Positions 63,601 through 64,000 of a stretch of 64,000 bases of DNA are shown here, one piece after another. The first letter of the stretch is position 1, and the number at the start of each line of letters is the position of its first letter. The notes beneath the pieces are model-generated. The model did no database searches, was not told where the DNA came from, and saw only the letters and a list, made by a program, of their open reading frames with translations. The position numbers and the translations under genes are program-made. Where the stretch lies: assembly GCF_018977255.1 (NCBI RefSeq), contig NW_024704783.1:1-64000 (forward strand), given 5' to 3'. Origin of the DNA: Callorhinchus milii (Eukaryota).

Positions 63601-64000
63601 GGAATCCAGTTTTTAATCTACAAGCAAATTGCTTTCCATGGGATTACAGCTCCTCCAAAATAATAATAAAAATACAGTCACTAAATCATTAATGTGCGGA
63701 AATGGATGCAGCATTTCACGCACAAAATACACAGTGAATTCATACTGCACTATAATGTGTGAAGCGGTTGAGAAGTCTGGCAGACGTGATAAGGCGCTAT
63801 ATCAAATGTACGGATTATCATTGTTGAATTGACCTTGTACTTAGCTGCAACCAATATGGACTTGACTGACCAACACACTTTTATTGTTTTTAATTATTAA
63901 AGTGACTAATGCCCTCCGGAAATCGATATGCAAATCGTGAGACTACCGTGTTCCTACTTTCTACAAGTAAAACAGAGGCGTCTATGTTAAACTTGCGCAA

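Overview
This is eukaryotic genomic DNA, inferred to be from a cartilaginous fish and most plausibly a holocephalan (chimaera), based on its IgH cluster layout and L2/Deu-SINE repeats. The centrepiece (minus strand, about 43.3 to 33.4 kb) is an unrearranged immunoglobulin heavy-chain-like cluster: leader-V-D1-D2-D3-J with complete 12/23 RSSs. Its V carries camelid-VHH-like framework-2 residues (Y37, Q44, K45; YYCAA). No CH1 is recognisable. Instead there is a tandem array of five ~1.1-kb units, each built on a Cmu2-like exon: 2 intact, 1 with a stop codon and 2 truncated. No CH3, CH4, secretory or TM exon follows; the array runs tail-to-tail into a GPCR gene. Also present are a cluster of two-exon GPR139/142-like orphan GPCRs (2 intact, 1 pseudogene, remnants), a six-exon TRIM (RING-Bbox-CC-PRY/SPRY) with two nonsense codons in its last exon, and a TCR alpha/delta-type V pseudogene with leader and 23-RSS in the same orientation as the Ig cluster. 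Repeats include many L2 LINE fragments (one a 1521-bp head-to-tail duplication), a CR1 fragment, tRNA-headed Deu-domain SINEs and simple repeats. All exon, RSS and homology calls were made by reading and translating by eye; none come from a database search.
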